Assembly (NCBI GenBank): GCA_944387405.1
Contig: CALXET010000005.1
Span: 30,823 to 94,822, forward strand
Source: an uncultured Clostridia bacterium
GTDB lineage: Bacteria > Bacillota > Clostridia > TANB77 > CAG-508
Direction: 5' to 3'
DNA length: 64,000 bases
In this document: one piece after another, positions 21,349 to 31,637 of the stretch
How the letters are laid out: each line of letters starts with the position of its first letter
Numbering within the stretch: the stretch's first letter is position 1
Notes under the pieces: generated by a model
The model's database searches: none
What the model saw: only the letters and a program-made list of their open reading frames with translations
Told to the model about the DNA's origin: nothing
Translations under genes and position numbers: made by a program

Positions 21349-21675
21349 ATGGGAAAAATAATTTGGATTATTGGTTGGTTTGCCGCACAGCGGATTATGA
21401 TGGCTATGGGCCTCATAGCGCACAATACGCTTTTTGAGACTACCATGGTTACGCTGATCGGTTTTCTCGCTGGCTTTTTATCCTTTGACAGTTGGCTTTT
21501 ACCATTCTATATTGGCATAGCTATTGCATGGGGAATTGCTACAATAACAGATGGTGCGCTTGTCGCAGGTGTTCTGATTATCGTATTTCACCTGGCACTA
21601 CTTGTGGTGTTCAATAGCTCTAAGGCTAAGAAAGATGGCACGAATGCTGGGAGAAGGAGAAAAAGGAGGCGGTGA
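21349..21675 (+). CDS. Small multi-TM hypothetical protein with basic tail
   Basis: ATG 21349 after AGGAGG; promoter TTGAAT-N17-TATAAT at 21265-21293; layout similar to the upstream gene. Confidence 0.7.
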   Translation: MGKIIWIIGWFAAQRIMMAMGLIAHNTLFETTMVTLIGFLAGFLSFDSWLLPFYIGIAIAWGIATITDGALVAGVLIIVFHLALLVVFNSSKAKKDGTNAGRRRKRRR

Positions 21676-21793
21676 AAAAACGACACATAGGAGGGACTTC
21701 CCCACTTATGTGTCGTTTTTTATCGAAATTAGAGATGCGAAAATCCTTGACCTTAGCGAAAAACCGTCTTATAGTTGATATAAGGAGGTAGTT

Positions 21794-22099
21794 ATGAAAA
21801 AGATATTTTCAAAGGTTATATATGATGATAAGGAGTTATTAGGGAGTAATATTCAAAAATTAGAATTAAAATATTACAAAACTAGAAAAAATTTGAATAG
21901 AGGTTATGGAATAGAAATTACTAAGAAAGAATTATGTAATAATAGAAGCCTTAGAGAGAAAAGATGTTATGATAATATTACATTAGATGAAAAAATAGTA
22001 AATAGACTACTTGAGGTATTATCTGTAAATAAAGTTACTCCAGTAGCTTCAGACGATGTAATAAGCGATTTTTTAAAAGAATTTAGTAAAGTGACGTAA
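21794..22099 (+). CDS. Conserved clostridial hypothetical protein (DUF6514-like)
   Basis: YGIEI..K and L..L..NKVTP motifs, SD AGGAGG. Confidence 0.65.
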   Translation: MKKIFSKVIYDDKELLGSNIQKLELKYYKTRKNLNRGYGIEITKKELCNNRSLREKRCYDNITLDEKIVNRLLEVLSVNKVTPVASDDVISDFLKEFSKVT

Positions 22100-22158
22100 A
22101 AAAATTAATAAAAAATATTGACAAAAATAAAAAATGGTGGTAATATAATTACTGTTCT

Positions 22159-22235
<77 letters not shown>

Positions 22236-22368
22236 TTAAACAAAACCTGTAAAGTGTTTAAGATAAAGCATTTTATAGGTTTTTATTTTTTTACATAAAA
22301 GTAAACAAAACTTGACAAAAAGATAATAAAAGTTTACAATTATATTAAGATACTATCAGGAGGGGAAT

Positions 22369-22680
22369 ATGAAAAAAGAGGAAATATTAGAAAAAGCTAG
22401 AAAAGATGATGATGAAATTGAACAATTAATTTTAACAAGATCTCTTGGCTTTAGCACAATTATAATTCCAATTATGTGCATATTATTTATAATTGTAAGA
22501 ATATTAAATTCAGAATATATGATTAGTGATTTAGTATCAATTACTTTAGCTCAATTAACTATATCAGAAATTTATCAAGCTTTTAAAATAAAGAAGCCTA
22601 TCTTATTTGTGATTGGAATGATTACTTTAATTTTAACAATTATTTTTATTATCAGCTTTTTAAATGAGGTGATAATATGA
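22369..22680 (+). CDS. Small membrane protein (DUF6442-like)
   Basis: MKKEEILEKAR start, 3 TM helices, overlaps downstream HTH gene. Confidence 0.65.
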   Translation: MKKEEILEKARKDDDEIEQLILTRSLGFSTIIIPIMCILFIIVRILNSEYMISDLVSITLAQLTISEIYQAFKIKKPILFVIGMITLILTIIFIISFLNEVII

Positions 22681-22889
22681 AAGAAAATTTAGTATTAAAA
22701 AATAAACTTAAAGTCGCAAGAGCTGAGAAGGATTTATCACAGGAAGAATTGGCTAATTTAGTTGGTGTATCAAGACAGACGATAAATTCAATAGAAACAG
22801 GAAAATTTTATCCAACAGCTAAACTAGCATTATTACTTTGTATAGCATTAGATAAAAAATTTGAAGATATTTTTTATTTTGATGAATAA
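22677..22889 (+). CDS. XRE-family HTH regulator
   Basis: LSQEELANLVGVSRQTINSIETGK. Confidence 0.9.
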   Translation: MKENLVLKNKLKVARAEKDLSQEELANLVGVSRQTINSIETGKFYPTAKLALLLCIALDKKFEDIFYFDE

Positions 22890-22903
22890 AAGGAGGGAGA
22901 AAA

Positions 22904-23641
22904 ATGAAAAAGTTTAGAATAATTTTAGTCATATTAACTGTATTTGCTATTGTATTAGCGGGAATGTATATTTTTTTAATTAGATCTAATAGAGTAGGAA
23001 ATTCCAAATCAGCAACGCTTTTTGATAATATGTATAAAAATTCATGTAGAGACAAGTCAAATATAACTATGGAAATAAGTTATAAAGATGAAAATAATGA
23101 TATTCTTATATTAAGGGCTACAGATAATAAAGAAGAAAAAGAAATAACAGCTATAAAGAATAATAATAAAGATGAAATAGAAAAACACCCAGATTCAAAG
23201 GATGCTATTATTTGTACAGTTGCGGGAAAAGACAAAGAAATTGGATATAATCTTTTTCCAGTTTTAAAAAGATATAATATTATTTATGATGAAGAAAAAG
23301 AGACAGATAGTTTTGATTATTGGATAAATGATATATTATCTAATTTCTCTAAAGCATCATATTATACAAGAGGGTATGAATTAGTAAATGGAAAATTACT
23401 ATATTATGAAAATTTCAAAAATGAAGGATTAAAATTTTATTTTGATAATGATAATTTAGTATATATGAAATCTACTAAACTAGAGGAGTCTTTTAATTTA
23501 AAAGATATTTTATATAAAGTAGAAATAAGATATGATGATTCTTATAAAGAAATGATAAATATTCCAGATGATTATGAGGGTTATAAACAAGTGTATAATG
23601 AAGATACTAATGAAACAGAAAAAATAAAAATAGAAAAATAA
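22904..23641 (+). CDS. Exported/membrane-anchored hypothetical protein
   Basis: N-terminal hydrophobic anchor, SD AGGAGG. Confidence 0.65.
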   Translation: MKKFRIILVILTVFAIVLAGMYIFLIRSNRVGNSKSATLFDNMYKNSCRDKSNITMEISYKDENNDILILRATDNKEEKEITAIKNNNKDEIEKHPDSKDAIICTVAGKDKEIGYNLFPVLKRYNIIYDEEKETDSFDYWINDILSNFSKASYYTRGYELVNGKLLYYENFKNEGLKFYFDNDNLVYMKSTKLEESFNLKDILYKVEIRYDDSYKEMINIPDDYEGYKQVYNEDTNETEKIKIEK

Positions 23642-23668
23642 AAAGAGTATCATTTTGATACTCTTTTT

Positions 23669-23745
23669 TGGTGCACCAGGAGGAATTCGAATCCCCGACC
23701 TCTCGGTTCGTAGCCGAGTGCTCTATCCAGCTAAGCTACTGGTGC
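23669..23745 (-). tRNA. tRNA-Arg(ACG)
   Basis: Reverse complement GCACCAGTAGC...CTCGG-CTACGAA-CCGAG...CCA. Confidence 0.96.
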
Positions 23746-23810
23746 ATAAGCAAATATTATTATAAAACTAAAGTAGCTAAATGTCAATATTTAGCTACTT
23801 TAGAAAATAA

Positions 23811-24446
23811 CTATAAATTGTCTTTTAAAAATCTAACAGCATCACATAAAGAATCTTCAATTGACTTTTTATTAAAAGTAGATTTTGAAAATAAATTAGC
23901 AATACTTGCAAACTTTTTATTAATTTCTATTTGAAAACAAGGAATATTACATGTTGTAGCTATGTAATTTGAAATACAATTTGGATCAGTTGCTTTAAAA
24001 GGTTCATCAACAGTTACTGAAGAAATTCCATTAGTCACAAATGAGTTTACTATTCCTTGAAGTATATCATATTTGTTCATTATGTTTTTTCCACCATTAA
24101 TTCCAATACAAACATTAGGTAATCTTTTATCAGACATTGTATGTAAGTCTATTAAATATTTAATATCATTAGTCTCAATAAATTCTTTTAAAGCATTTTT
24201 ATAGTTAGAATCTTTATCTGCATTGACATCATCATTTAAAAATATTGTTTTATATATGCAACTTACGTTTTCTCTATCAGAAATATTTGTTGCAAAGATA
24301 TCAGTATAATTTTCTTTAGATTGAACTTTGCCATTTCTTAATTGTTTTGTGGAATGTGGTGCAGATATTATAATTGGAATATTTCTTTTCATAATTTCAA
24401 AATCTTTAATTTCTTCTTTTTTATTGTTTTCTGAATTATTTTCCAT
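23811..24446 (-). CDS. N-formylglutamate amidohydrolase-like Zn hydrolase
   Basis: ISAPHS, IDLHTM, DEPF, FQIEI. Confidence 0.6.
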   Translation of the reverse strand: MENNSENNKKEEIKDFEIMKRNIPIIISAPHSTKQLRNGKVQSKENYTDIFATNISDRENVSCIYKTIFLNDDVNADKDSNYKNALKEFIETNDIKYLIDLHTMSDKRLPNVCIGINGGKNIMNKYDILQGIVNSFVTNGISSVTVDEPFKATDPNCISNYIATTCNIPCFQIEINKKFASIANLFSKSTFNKKSIEDSLCDAVRFLKDNL

Positions 24447-24653
24447 ATAAGACTCCTTAATAATTTTTTTATTATTATATTTTATTTTTTAAAAAACAAC
24501 AATAGATATTGATAAAATTAAGTGAAAAGAAGTATATATTTTTTGTAAATTAATGCATGAGTGATAAAAAAGTAAAAAAAGATGCAAAAAAATTTAAAAA
24601 AGTATTGAAATAACAAAAAAGGTGTGGTAATATATATAAGCAGTTTGAAATAA

Positions 24654-24729
24654 CGAGGTGTAGCGCAGTTGGTAGCGCGCGTGGTTTGGGACCATGAGGT
24701 CGCAGGTTCGATCCCTGTCACCTCGACCA
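24654..24729 (+). tRNA. tRNA-Pro(TGG)
   Basis: CGTGG-TTTGGGA-CCATG, CCA end. Confidence 0.96.
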
Positions 24730-24981
24730 TCAAAACGTTGGAAACAGTAGTTTTCAACGTTTTTTGTTTTTATTCAAGATTATTCATTGTTTAGTAAAAT
24801 AACTAAACAAATAGCTATTTCCTATTTAAATTATTTTAAAAATATTTAGCATTATCGAGTGTTACTACGGTTAAAAAATGAATTTTAAAAAACCGGTATT
24901 CAAGAGATTACCGGTTTTTTTGAGGGCCGAGTTAAATATAACTATAGTTACAAAATATTATAAAAAATTGAATATAATAGG

Positions 24982-25524
24982 TTATTTCGCAATGTAGACA
25001 GTATAATTAACATATGCTTTTCTATAAGGTCCTGGAGGATTATTAATACTGCTAGCATCAAAATATATCTGAACCTTTTGTCCTTTTTTTACATCTGCTT
25101 TTACAACAAAAAAGTTAGATATTGGATAGTCAATATTTTCTACAGTTGTTGTACCTAAGACCTTTCCACTAGGATAATCCCGAATTTGAGCGGTAAGTTT
25201 GATATTGCTGTATGATGAGCTGTCAGCTTTATAGAAATATCCATACATTACTAATTCTCCAGAGTTTCCTATAGTTTTATAAGGTGTGAGATTATCATCG
25301 GTAAATGTAAAAGCATAGTCATAGTTTTTTGTGTTATACCATGTTTCATTCCCAGCAGCTAAAGCCGGTTGAACAGAAACAGCAAAGAGTGCTACAATAA
25401 GTAACAAAGTTGTAATGATTTTTTTTATTTTATTCATAACAAGACTCCTTAGATAATAGAAATCTCGACCCTCTAAGCCCAAAAGACTTATATGAATAAT
25501 AACATAAATTGTAAAATAATGCAA
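24982..25524 (-). CDS. Secreted hypothetical protein (likely start ATG ~25437)
   Basis: Signal peptide MNKIKK...PALA after AGGAG; divergent from ECF sigma. Confidence 0.7.
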   Translation of the reverse strand: MHYFTIYVIIHISLLGLEGRDFYYLRSLVMNKIKKIITTLLLIVALFAVSVQPALAAGNETWYNTKNYDYAFTFTDDNLTPYKTIGNSGELVMYGYFYKADSSSYSNIKLTAQIRDYPSGKVLGTTTVENIDYPISNFFVVKADVKKGQKVQIYFDASSINNPPGPYRKAYVNYTVYIAK

Positions 25525-25585
25525 TCCATATAATTTTTGGAAATTTTATTGAAAATGAAACTTTTTTTAAACAATAAAGTATCTA

Positions 25586-26175
25586 ATAGTAAAAAGGAGG
25601 AAAAAGTGAGAAGTTTGGAATCATATATATTGGAAAGTAAAAACGGAAATCAAGAATCCTTTGAATATTTAATTAATTATTTGCAAAATGACTTATATAA
25701 AATTGCATATACTAGATTAACGTCGATAGATGATATTAATGAAGCTGTTCAAAATACAATTATTAGAATCTATTATAATTTAAAAAAAGTTAAAAATTAT
25801 AATTATTTTAAAACTTGGGCAATAAAAATTTTAATTAATGAAATAAATAAAATATATAAGACAAATAAGAAAAGAGATTCATTAAAAGATATATCTTATT
25901 ATGAAAACACATACTTTTATAATGATATATCTCAAATGCAAAAAATAGAAAATGACATAGATTTTGATAAGGTTATGAATACCTTAAAATATGATGAAAA
26001 GATTATTGTTATATTAAAGTATACAGATCAATATACTTTCGAAGATATTTCTAAAATATTGAGATTAAATATAAATACAGTAAAAAGTAAATTCTTTAGA
26101 TCTAGAGAAAAGTTAAAAAAATATTATGAAGAAAGGAATAAACAAAATGAGAATGAAAAAATCAAAAAAAAATAA
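25586..26175 (+). CDS. ECF sigma factor
   Basis: DINEAVQNT, FKTWAIKILIN, region 4 INTVKSKFFR; GTG start after AAGGAGG. Confidence 0.88.
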
Positions 26176-27367
26176 TGATATATATTTAAAAGAACCAATT
26201 GATAATTTAGTGAGAGAATATTTGAAGAAAAAAGAACTCCCCATAAGCACAAAAAATGTTATAAGTGATACATGTAAAAACTTAAAGAATAAAAATAACA
26301 AAATGCCGAAAGTAAAAAAAATATTAGCTATGTCTTGTTGTTTATCTGTACTAATATTTACAATAGTATTAGCACATGATGGAAAAATAAAAATAAAAAA
26401 TCCTTTTTTTAATGAAAGCCCGGGAATTAAAACAGCAATAAATAATGGATTTATATATAAAGAAAATTTAGAGTATGTTTTTTCAAATAATGTTGGAATA
26501 AAAGTAAATAGCTTTTTTATGGATGATAATTATTTAGGAATAGAATTAAACTTGAACTTTGAAGATTTTTCATGTAATTTAAGTGATGAAGAATTATCTA
26601 AAAATATAGAATTTGAAAAGGTACTTATTTACGATGAAAATAATAATATATTATATTATAAAAATAATGATTTTTTAAATGAATTTGTTAAGGAGAGAAA
26701 CATAGAAGATGTTGAAAAGAATACTATAAATAGTGGTTCTAATATATTTTTTGAAAGTAACTTAAATAATAGAAATCACATTATCAATGGGGTTTATAAT
26801 TTATATAGCAATAAATTTCCAAAAAGTAAAAAAATTTTTATAGAAATTGAAAATATAAATATAGAAGAAGAAAAGATAGTAAAAGGTAATTGGAATATAA
26901 GTATTGACGTACCTGAAAATATGTATGATAGAGAAATAATTACTAGTAATGTATTTAATAATGATAAAAATATAGAAATAACGAAAGTAGTTACGTCTGA
27001 AACTAATACTAGAGTAGACTTTTATATAAAAAATATTGAAAAATTACCAGAAAATAAAAACCAAGACATTGTAGAAGAAATGATAAATGAAGGTAAAACA
27101 ACCGAAGAAATTAGAAAAAAATTAGAGGAGTATAATAAAGGAGATAATAAAGAATGGTTTGAAGATGTTTATATTGAAAATGAAACTGGAAAAAAGTTTT
27201 ACCAAGATTTTAATTTAATAGAAGGGAATACTATCATAACAGATAAAGAGAAAAAAGAGATAAAAGGAACGTTTACGTTATCATTAACTAAATATGACCT
27301 GAGTCGTGAATTAAAATTGCATTTTATATTTAATAATGTAAACTATACAATTAAACTAACTAATTAA
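26126..27367 (+). CDS. Putative anti-sigma factor (DUF4179-like, single TM)
   Basis: Overlaps ECF gene end; TM followed by large extracytoplasmic domain. Confidence 0.65.
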   Translation: MKKGINKMRMKKSKKNNDIYLKEPIDNLVREYLKKKELPISTKNVISDTCKNLKNKNNKMPKVKKILAMSCCLSVLIFTIVLAHDGKIKIKNPFFNESPGIKTAINNGFIYKENLEYVFSNNVGIKVNSFFMDDNYLGIELNLNFEDFSCNLSDEELSKNIEFEKVLIYDENNNILYYKNNDFLNEFVKERNIEDVEKNTINSGSNIFFESNLNNRNHIINGVYNLYSNKFPKSKKIFIEIENINIEEEKIVKGNWNISIDVPENMYDREIITSNVFNNDKNIEITKVVTSETNTRVDFYIKNIEKLPENKNQDIVEEMINEGKTTEEIRKKLEEYNKGDNKEWFEDVYIENETGKKFYQDFNLIEGNTIITDKEKKEIKGTFTLSLTKYDLSRELKLHFIFNNVNYTIKLTN

Positions 27368-27609
27368 TATTTTATATAAATAAAATATTGTAAGGTTATA
27401 GTTAAACTAGACTTTTTGCTAGACAATAATTATTGAGAATTAGTAATTACAAGCATTATAAAAAAATGGTCGAGGTTCACCTCGACCATAGTAAAAATTC
27501 TATCTCACAGTATTTGTAGGTATTTCACAATATCCGAAAATATTTGAGGTAGTATTTTTTTGTCCTATTTTAATTGTGTATAGCTGACAATATTTTATGG
27601 TTGCATTAA

Positions 27610-29293
27610 AATTGCATTATAATTTTTACAATTTTCTTTTTATACGCATTATAATTGCATTACAATAAATATTTTCTAGAACTAAAATATGATATAATAC
27701 GTTTGTTAGTAGAAGAAAGGGAAAAAATGGAAGATATAACAGAAACTAAAAGAGAATTTATAGAAATAGTTAAATTTATTGAAAATAAAAAAAATGACTA
27801 TAATGAAAGGTTAAGAGTTTCTCTTGAAGCATTAAAAAAATACAATTCATTACCCAAGACAAAAAAAGATTATTGCAAATTTGAGTATTATAGAATAAAT
27901 AGACAGATAGGAGCATTATACTTTGAAACAAACAATCAATATGAAGATTCTGAGAAATACTTTGAATATTCTCTAAAAATGTTTACACTTGATAATAAAT
28001 TAGATTCAGAAACGAATATATGTATAACAAAACAAATGTTGGCTAAAGTGAAATTACTATTGTATTTATCATCTAATAATACTAGTAAACTAATAGAAGC
28101 TACTAATCTATTAAATGATATTAACAATAGCATTAAAGAAAATAATATTATTAATTCTAATTTAAACCAAGGTATAACTGAAGTACAACAAATTCTTACC
28201 AATATTGATAATATAACAACAAAAGTCACTTTTGAAATACCATATCATTTACCATTAAGAGAAGATTATAATCTTAAATTTACTTTTGAAGAAAATTACT
28301 ATAGTATAAACATTAAAAGCAAAAAATCAAAATATGGGGATTTTATTATTGCTCCTAATGCAAATATTTATATGGAAAAGGATAAATATGGTTTAATTAA
28401 TAATTCTATAGTTTCCATAAATATTCCTAGTTATATTAATCCAAATGTTCAGATTAACGTGAATAAAGAAGTTGGAAATATATTTTTACCAATAGTAAAA
28501 GCTATTGAAATATATAATTACTTTCTAAAAAATTATATAATATCTACAGGCAAATATTGGTTATCCGAGTTAAATGAATTGATGATATTTAACTTCGAAA
28601 CAACAATAACTGCTGGGAATATTATTATAAAAAATATACCTTTGAGTATCGCTAATGGTATTAAAATATCTACTTCAAAGGAAGAATTAAATGATTCTGA
28701 TTTAAAAAGATTACAAGAACAATTTCGAAAATCATATATAAATATGTGGGAAATAGCCTATAATAATTCAAAATCTGAACTTTTAATAAAAAATTATAAA
28801 GAATCTATTATTTGGATAAATATAGCTTTAGAAAATTATACTTATTTTTTTGTAAATAAAGTATTATCTAAATATATTAGTGCAGAGGAAATAGAGAATT
28901 TTATTATCGGAAAACAGGATTATGATAATTTTTATCTTAAAGATTTTATTTCTTTAAAAAATTATCAAGATGCTATACAAAAAGGTATCATACAACCAAT
29001 TCCACCATCGACATATGTAATGTTCAAAAAATGTTTCAATTATCAAACTTTTAAGATATCTTATACGCAATTACGTAAATTAATATCTACGATAAAAGAT
29101 TGCAGGAATGATATTGTTCACGGCAAAGACATTAGAAAAGATTTGAGAACTGTGGCTGAGAAGTCATTAGAAAGTTTTGAGAAGTTATTAGATGTATTTA
29201 AAGACATATGAAATTATCTAATTTAATATTTGTTATACTTTTTATTTTATCTAATAATATCTATAAATACTTCCTAATTGCATTATAATTTTT
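27610..29293 (+). repeat. 18-bp direct repeat AATTGCATTATAATTTTT near both ends of the second islet (arm-type site candidate)
   Basis: Copies at 27610-27627 and 29276-29293, with partial GCATTA repeats around 27601-27665. Confidence 0.6.
27727..29211 (+). CDS. Hypothetical protein with helical N-terminus and C-terminal HEPN-like motif
   Basis: CRNDIVHG (RNxxxH) near the C-terminus, upstream helix IALENY; sole gene of the islet. Confidence 0.6.
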   Translation: MEDITETKREFIEIVKFIENKKNDYNERLRVSLEALKKYNSLPKTKKDYCKFEYYRINRQIGALYFETNNQYEDSEKYFEYSLKMFTLDNKLDSETNICITKQMLAKVKLLLYLSSNNTSKLIEATNLLNDINNSIKENNIINSNLNQGITEVQQILTNIDNITTKVTFEIPYHLPLREDYNLKFTFEENYYSINIKSKKSKYGDFIIAPNANIYMEKDKYGLINNSIVSINIPSYINPNVQINVNKEVGNIFLPIVKAIEIYNYFLKNYIISTGKYWLSELNELMIFNFETTITAGNIIIKNIPLSIANGIKISTSKEELNDSDLKRLQEQFRKSYINMWEIAYNNSKSELLIKNYKESIIWINIALENYTYFFVNKVLSKYISAEEIENFIIGKQDYDNFYLKDFISLKNYQDAIQKGIIQPIPPSTYVMFKKCFNYQTFKISYTQLRKLISTIKDCRNDIVHGKDIRKDLRTVAEKSLESFEKLLDVFKDI

Positions 29294-29602
29294 TGTCACC
29301 TCTTGAAGATGTAGATAAATCAATACTTTCAAGAGTAGCGACTCATTTCACCTCGACCACTTTTTATAAGATTTATGGTAATTTTAAATAATTTAAAAGC
29401 TTTAAAACATTGGAAAATCAATGTTTTATTTTTTTGCTTATTTTTAAATATTTTACAAAAGTGTGACTTATGTGTGAGTTTTTTTGACGTTTATTAAATT
29501 TTTAATAAATAAGTAATAATTTATTCATTTTTTTTCAGAAATTTGATATTATATCATTAGATAAAATAAGTTGATTATAAATGAAAAAGAAAGGTGATAC
29601 AA

Positions 29603-30499
29603 ATGAAAAATTATTTTAATTACGAAGGAAAAAACTGTGTAGTAACAGGAGCGTCAAGTGGAATGGGAAAAGCAACTGTAGAAATGTTAGTAGATTTAGG
29701 CGCTAGTGTATATGCATTAGATTTAAATGAATGCACAGTTCCTGGAATCAAAGAATTCTATAAGTGCAATTTAGCAAATAAAAATGAGATAGATGAAGTA
29801 TTTGCTAAATTGCCAGAGAAAATTGATTCTTTTTTTGGCGTAGCGGGTTTATCTGGGTCAAAAACAGATTATATGACAACTTTTAATTGCAATTATACAG
29901 CAAATATGTATATAACATTAAATTATTTAAAGACAAGAATGACAAAAGGTGATGCTATTGTATTTGTTTCTTCAACTGCAGGATTAAATTGGAAACAATT
30001 CAAAAAAGAACAAGATAAAGTTGTACATGCAAATACTTGGGAAGAAGTTGAAAAAATAGTAGAGCCTTTAGCAAAAATAGCAATGCCAACATTTGCATAT
30101 ATGTATTCAAAAAGATGCTTATCACAATTTGCTTGTGAACAAGCAATAGAACTTGGTAAATTAGGAATTAGAGTAAATAATGTTATGCCGGGTTCAACAG
30201 ATACAGGAATGAAAGACGAGTTTGAAAAAATGGCAGGAGGAGAAGAAGCATTACTTGCAGAAACTGGTACTGCACATAGATTAGCCTCACCTGAAGAAAT
30301 GGCGTATCCAATTGTATTTTTAAATTCAGATATGGCATCATTTATTTCAGGTATAGATTTATGTGTAGATTCAGCAGATGCGTGTTTGAAAACATTGAAA
30401 ATGAAAAAAGATAGAGAAGCTGTTCCTGCAACAAATAAATTTATACTAAAATTAGCAAGTAAAATGATGAAAAAACAATCATATTTAGAAGGAAAATAA
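29603..30499 (+). CDS. SDR oxidoreductase (3-alpha-HSD/coniferyl alcohol DH-like)
   Basis: TGASSGMG, SSTAG, YMYSK, RVNNVMPGSTDT. Confidence 0.85.
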   Translation: MKNYFNYEGKNCVVTGASSGMGKATVEMLVDLGASVYALDLNECTVPGIKEFYKCNLANKNEIDEVFAKLPEKIDSFFGVAGLSGSKTDYMTTFNCNYTANMYITLNYLKTRMTKGDAIVFVSSTAGLNWKQFKKEQDKVVHANTWEEVEKIVEPLAKIAMPTFAYMYSKRCLSQFACEQAIELGKLGIRVNNVMPGSTDTGMKDEFEKMAGGEEALLAETGTAHRLASPEEMAYPIVFLNSDMASFISGIDLCVDSADACLKTLKMKKDREAVPATNKFILKLASKMMKKQSYLEGK

Positions 30500-30659
30500 A
30501 AAGATTTAAATCATTTAAACAATATTTTATATATTTAGATTTTAAAAATTTTTTTTATTACTTTAATTTCTTATAAATTTCATTAGAAATAAAAGCTTAG
30601 AATTATTTACAAAAAATAGAGTGGCTGAAAAGATTGCATCAATTCAGCCACTTTTGACG

Positions 30660-31019
30660 TTAGCACGTCTTAAAGAAATTTTCGACAAGCCTATAAAGCC
30701 CGTCTATCTCACCGTGATTTATAGTATAGTTTTGAGTTTTCAAATACTTTTCCATTTCTTCCCGGAATTTTTTTGTTATCCGAATAGATTGGTTATAGTA
30801 CTTGATAATACCATACAGATCTTCACGGTACATTTTTCCATCCTCACCTTTTACAGAAAGGATGTATTTGCTTTTTTGCGGGACAAGATAGACTTGTGTG
30901 CCATCATAGTTTGTGCCAACTTTCTTGATAGCCCCTATAGGCTTTCTTTCATTTGGCTTCCGCTCGATAAGCACAGTGCTGCTCTTTTCCCACTCAAGAG
31001 AATGAAAAATTGCTTGCAT
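30660..31019 (-). CDS. Hypothetical protein
   Basis: SD AGGAGG, own hairpin terminator at 30620-30651, GC-richer than flanks. Confidence 0.6.
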   Translation of the reverse strand: MQAIFHSLEWEKSSTVLIERKPNERKPIGAIKKVGTNYDGTQVYLVPQKSKYILSVKGEDGKMYREDLYGIIKYYNQSIRITKKFREEMEKYLKTQNYTINHGEIDGLYRLVENFFKTC

Positions 31020-31151
31020 TCTACAAACCTCCTTATAAATATTATTATATCACTTATTATAAAGAATTAAAATGAATTTATCGGTATAGAAAAAATATAT
31101 ATTATGTAACAAAAACTAAAACTAATTGTCTAATATTAAAGGAGTAGTTAA

Positions 31152-31637
31152 ATGAAAGATTTTAGTAGCATATATGAAGAATATTTTATGTTTATTTATA
31201 AATATTTATATAGCCTATGTTTAAATGCAGATTTAGCTGAAGAACTCGCGCAAGAGACTTTTTTTAAAGCAGTACTTAAAATTAATACTTTTAAAGAAGA
31301 TTCAAAGATAACAACTTGGTTATGTTCTATTGCTAGAAATTTATATTTAAATTATAGAAAAAAGCAGACAAAAATTATCTCTGACGATTATATTTTAAAC
31401 AACTTAACATCGGTAGATAACATAGAATATAATTATATTACTAAAGAAGAACATAAAATAATAAAACAAAAAATAAAGTTATTAGACAATATTTCACAAA
31501 AAGTAATATATTTTAGAATATATGGAAATATGAACTTTAAAGAGATAGGTAATATATTCCATAAAAGCGATAACTGGGCGAGAGTCACTTTTTATCGTGC
31601 AAAAAATAAATTAAAAGAAGGTGAGATAGATGAATAA
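31152..31637 (+). CDS. ECF sigma factor
   Basis: AEELAQETF, TWLCSIARN, NWARVTFYRAK. Confidence 0.9.
   Translation: MKDFSSIYEEYFMFIYKYLYSLCLNADLAEELAQETFFKAVLKINTFKEDSKITTWLCSIARNLYLNYRKKQTKIISDDYILNNLTSVDNIEYNYITKEEHKIIKQKIKLLDNISQKVIYFRIYGNMNFKEIGNIFHKSDNWARVTFYRAKNKLKEGEIDE

Larger units (their letters stand above)
24718..29359 (+). mobile_element. Two stacked integrase-less islets at the tRNA-Pro 3' end
   Basis: tRNA 3' end TCACCTCGACCA at 24718-24729 recurs at 27477-27488 and 29348-29359. Confidence 0.65.
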
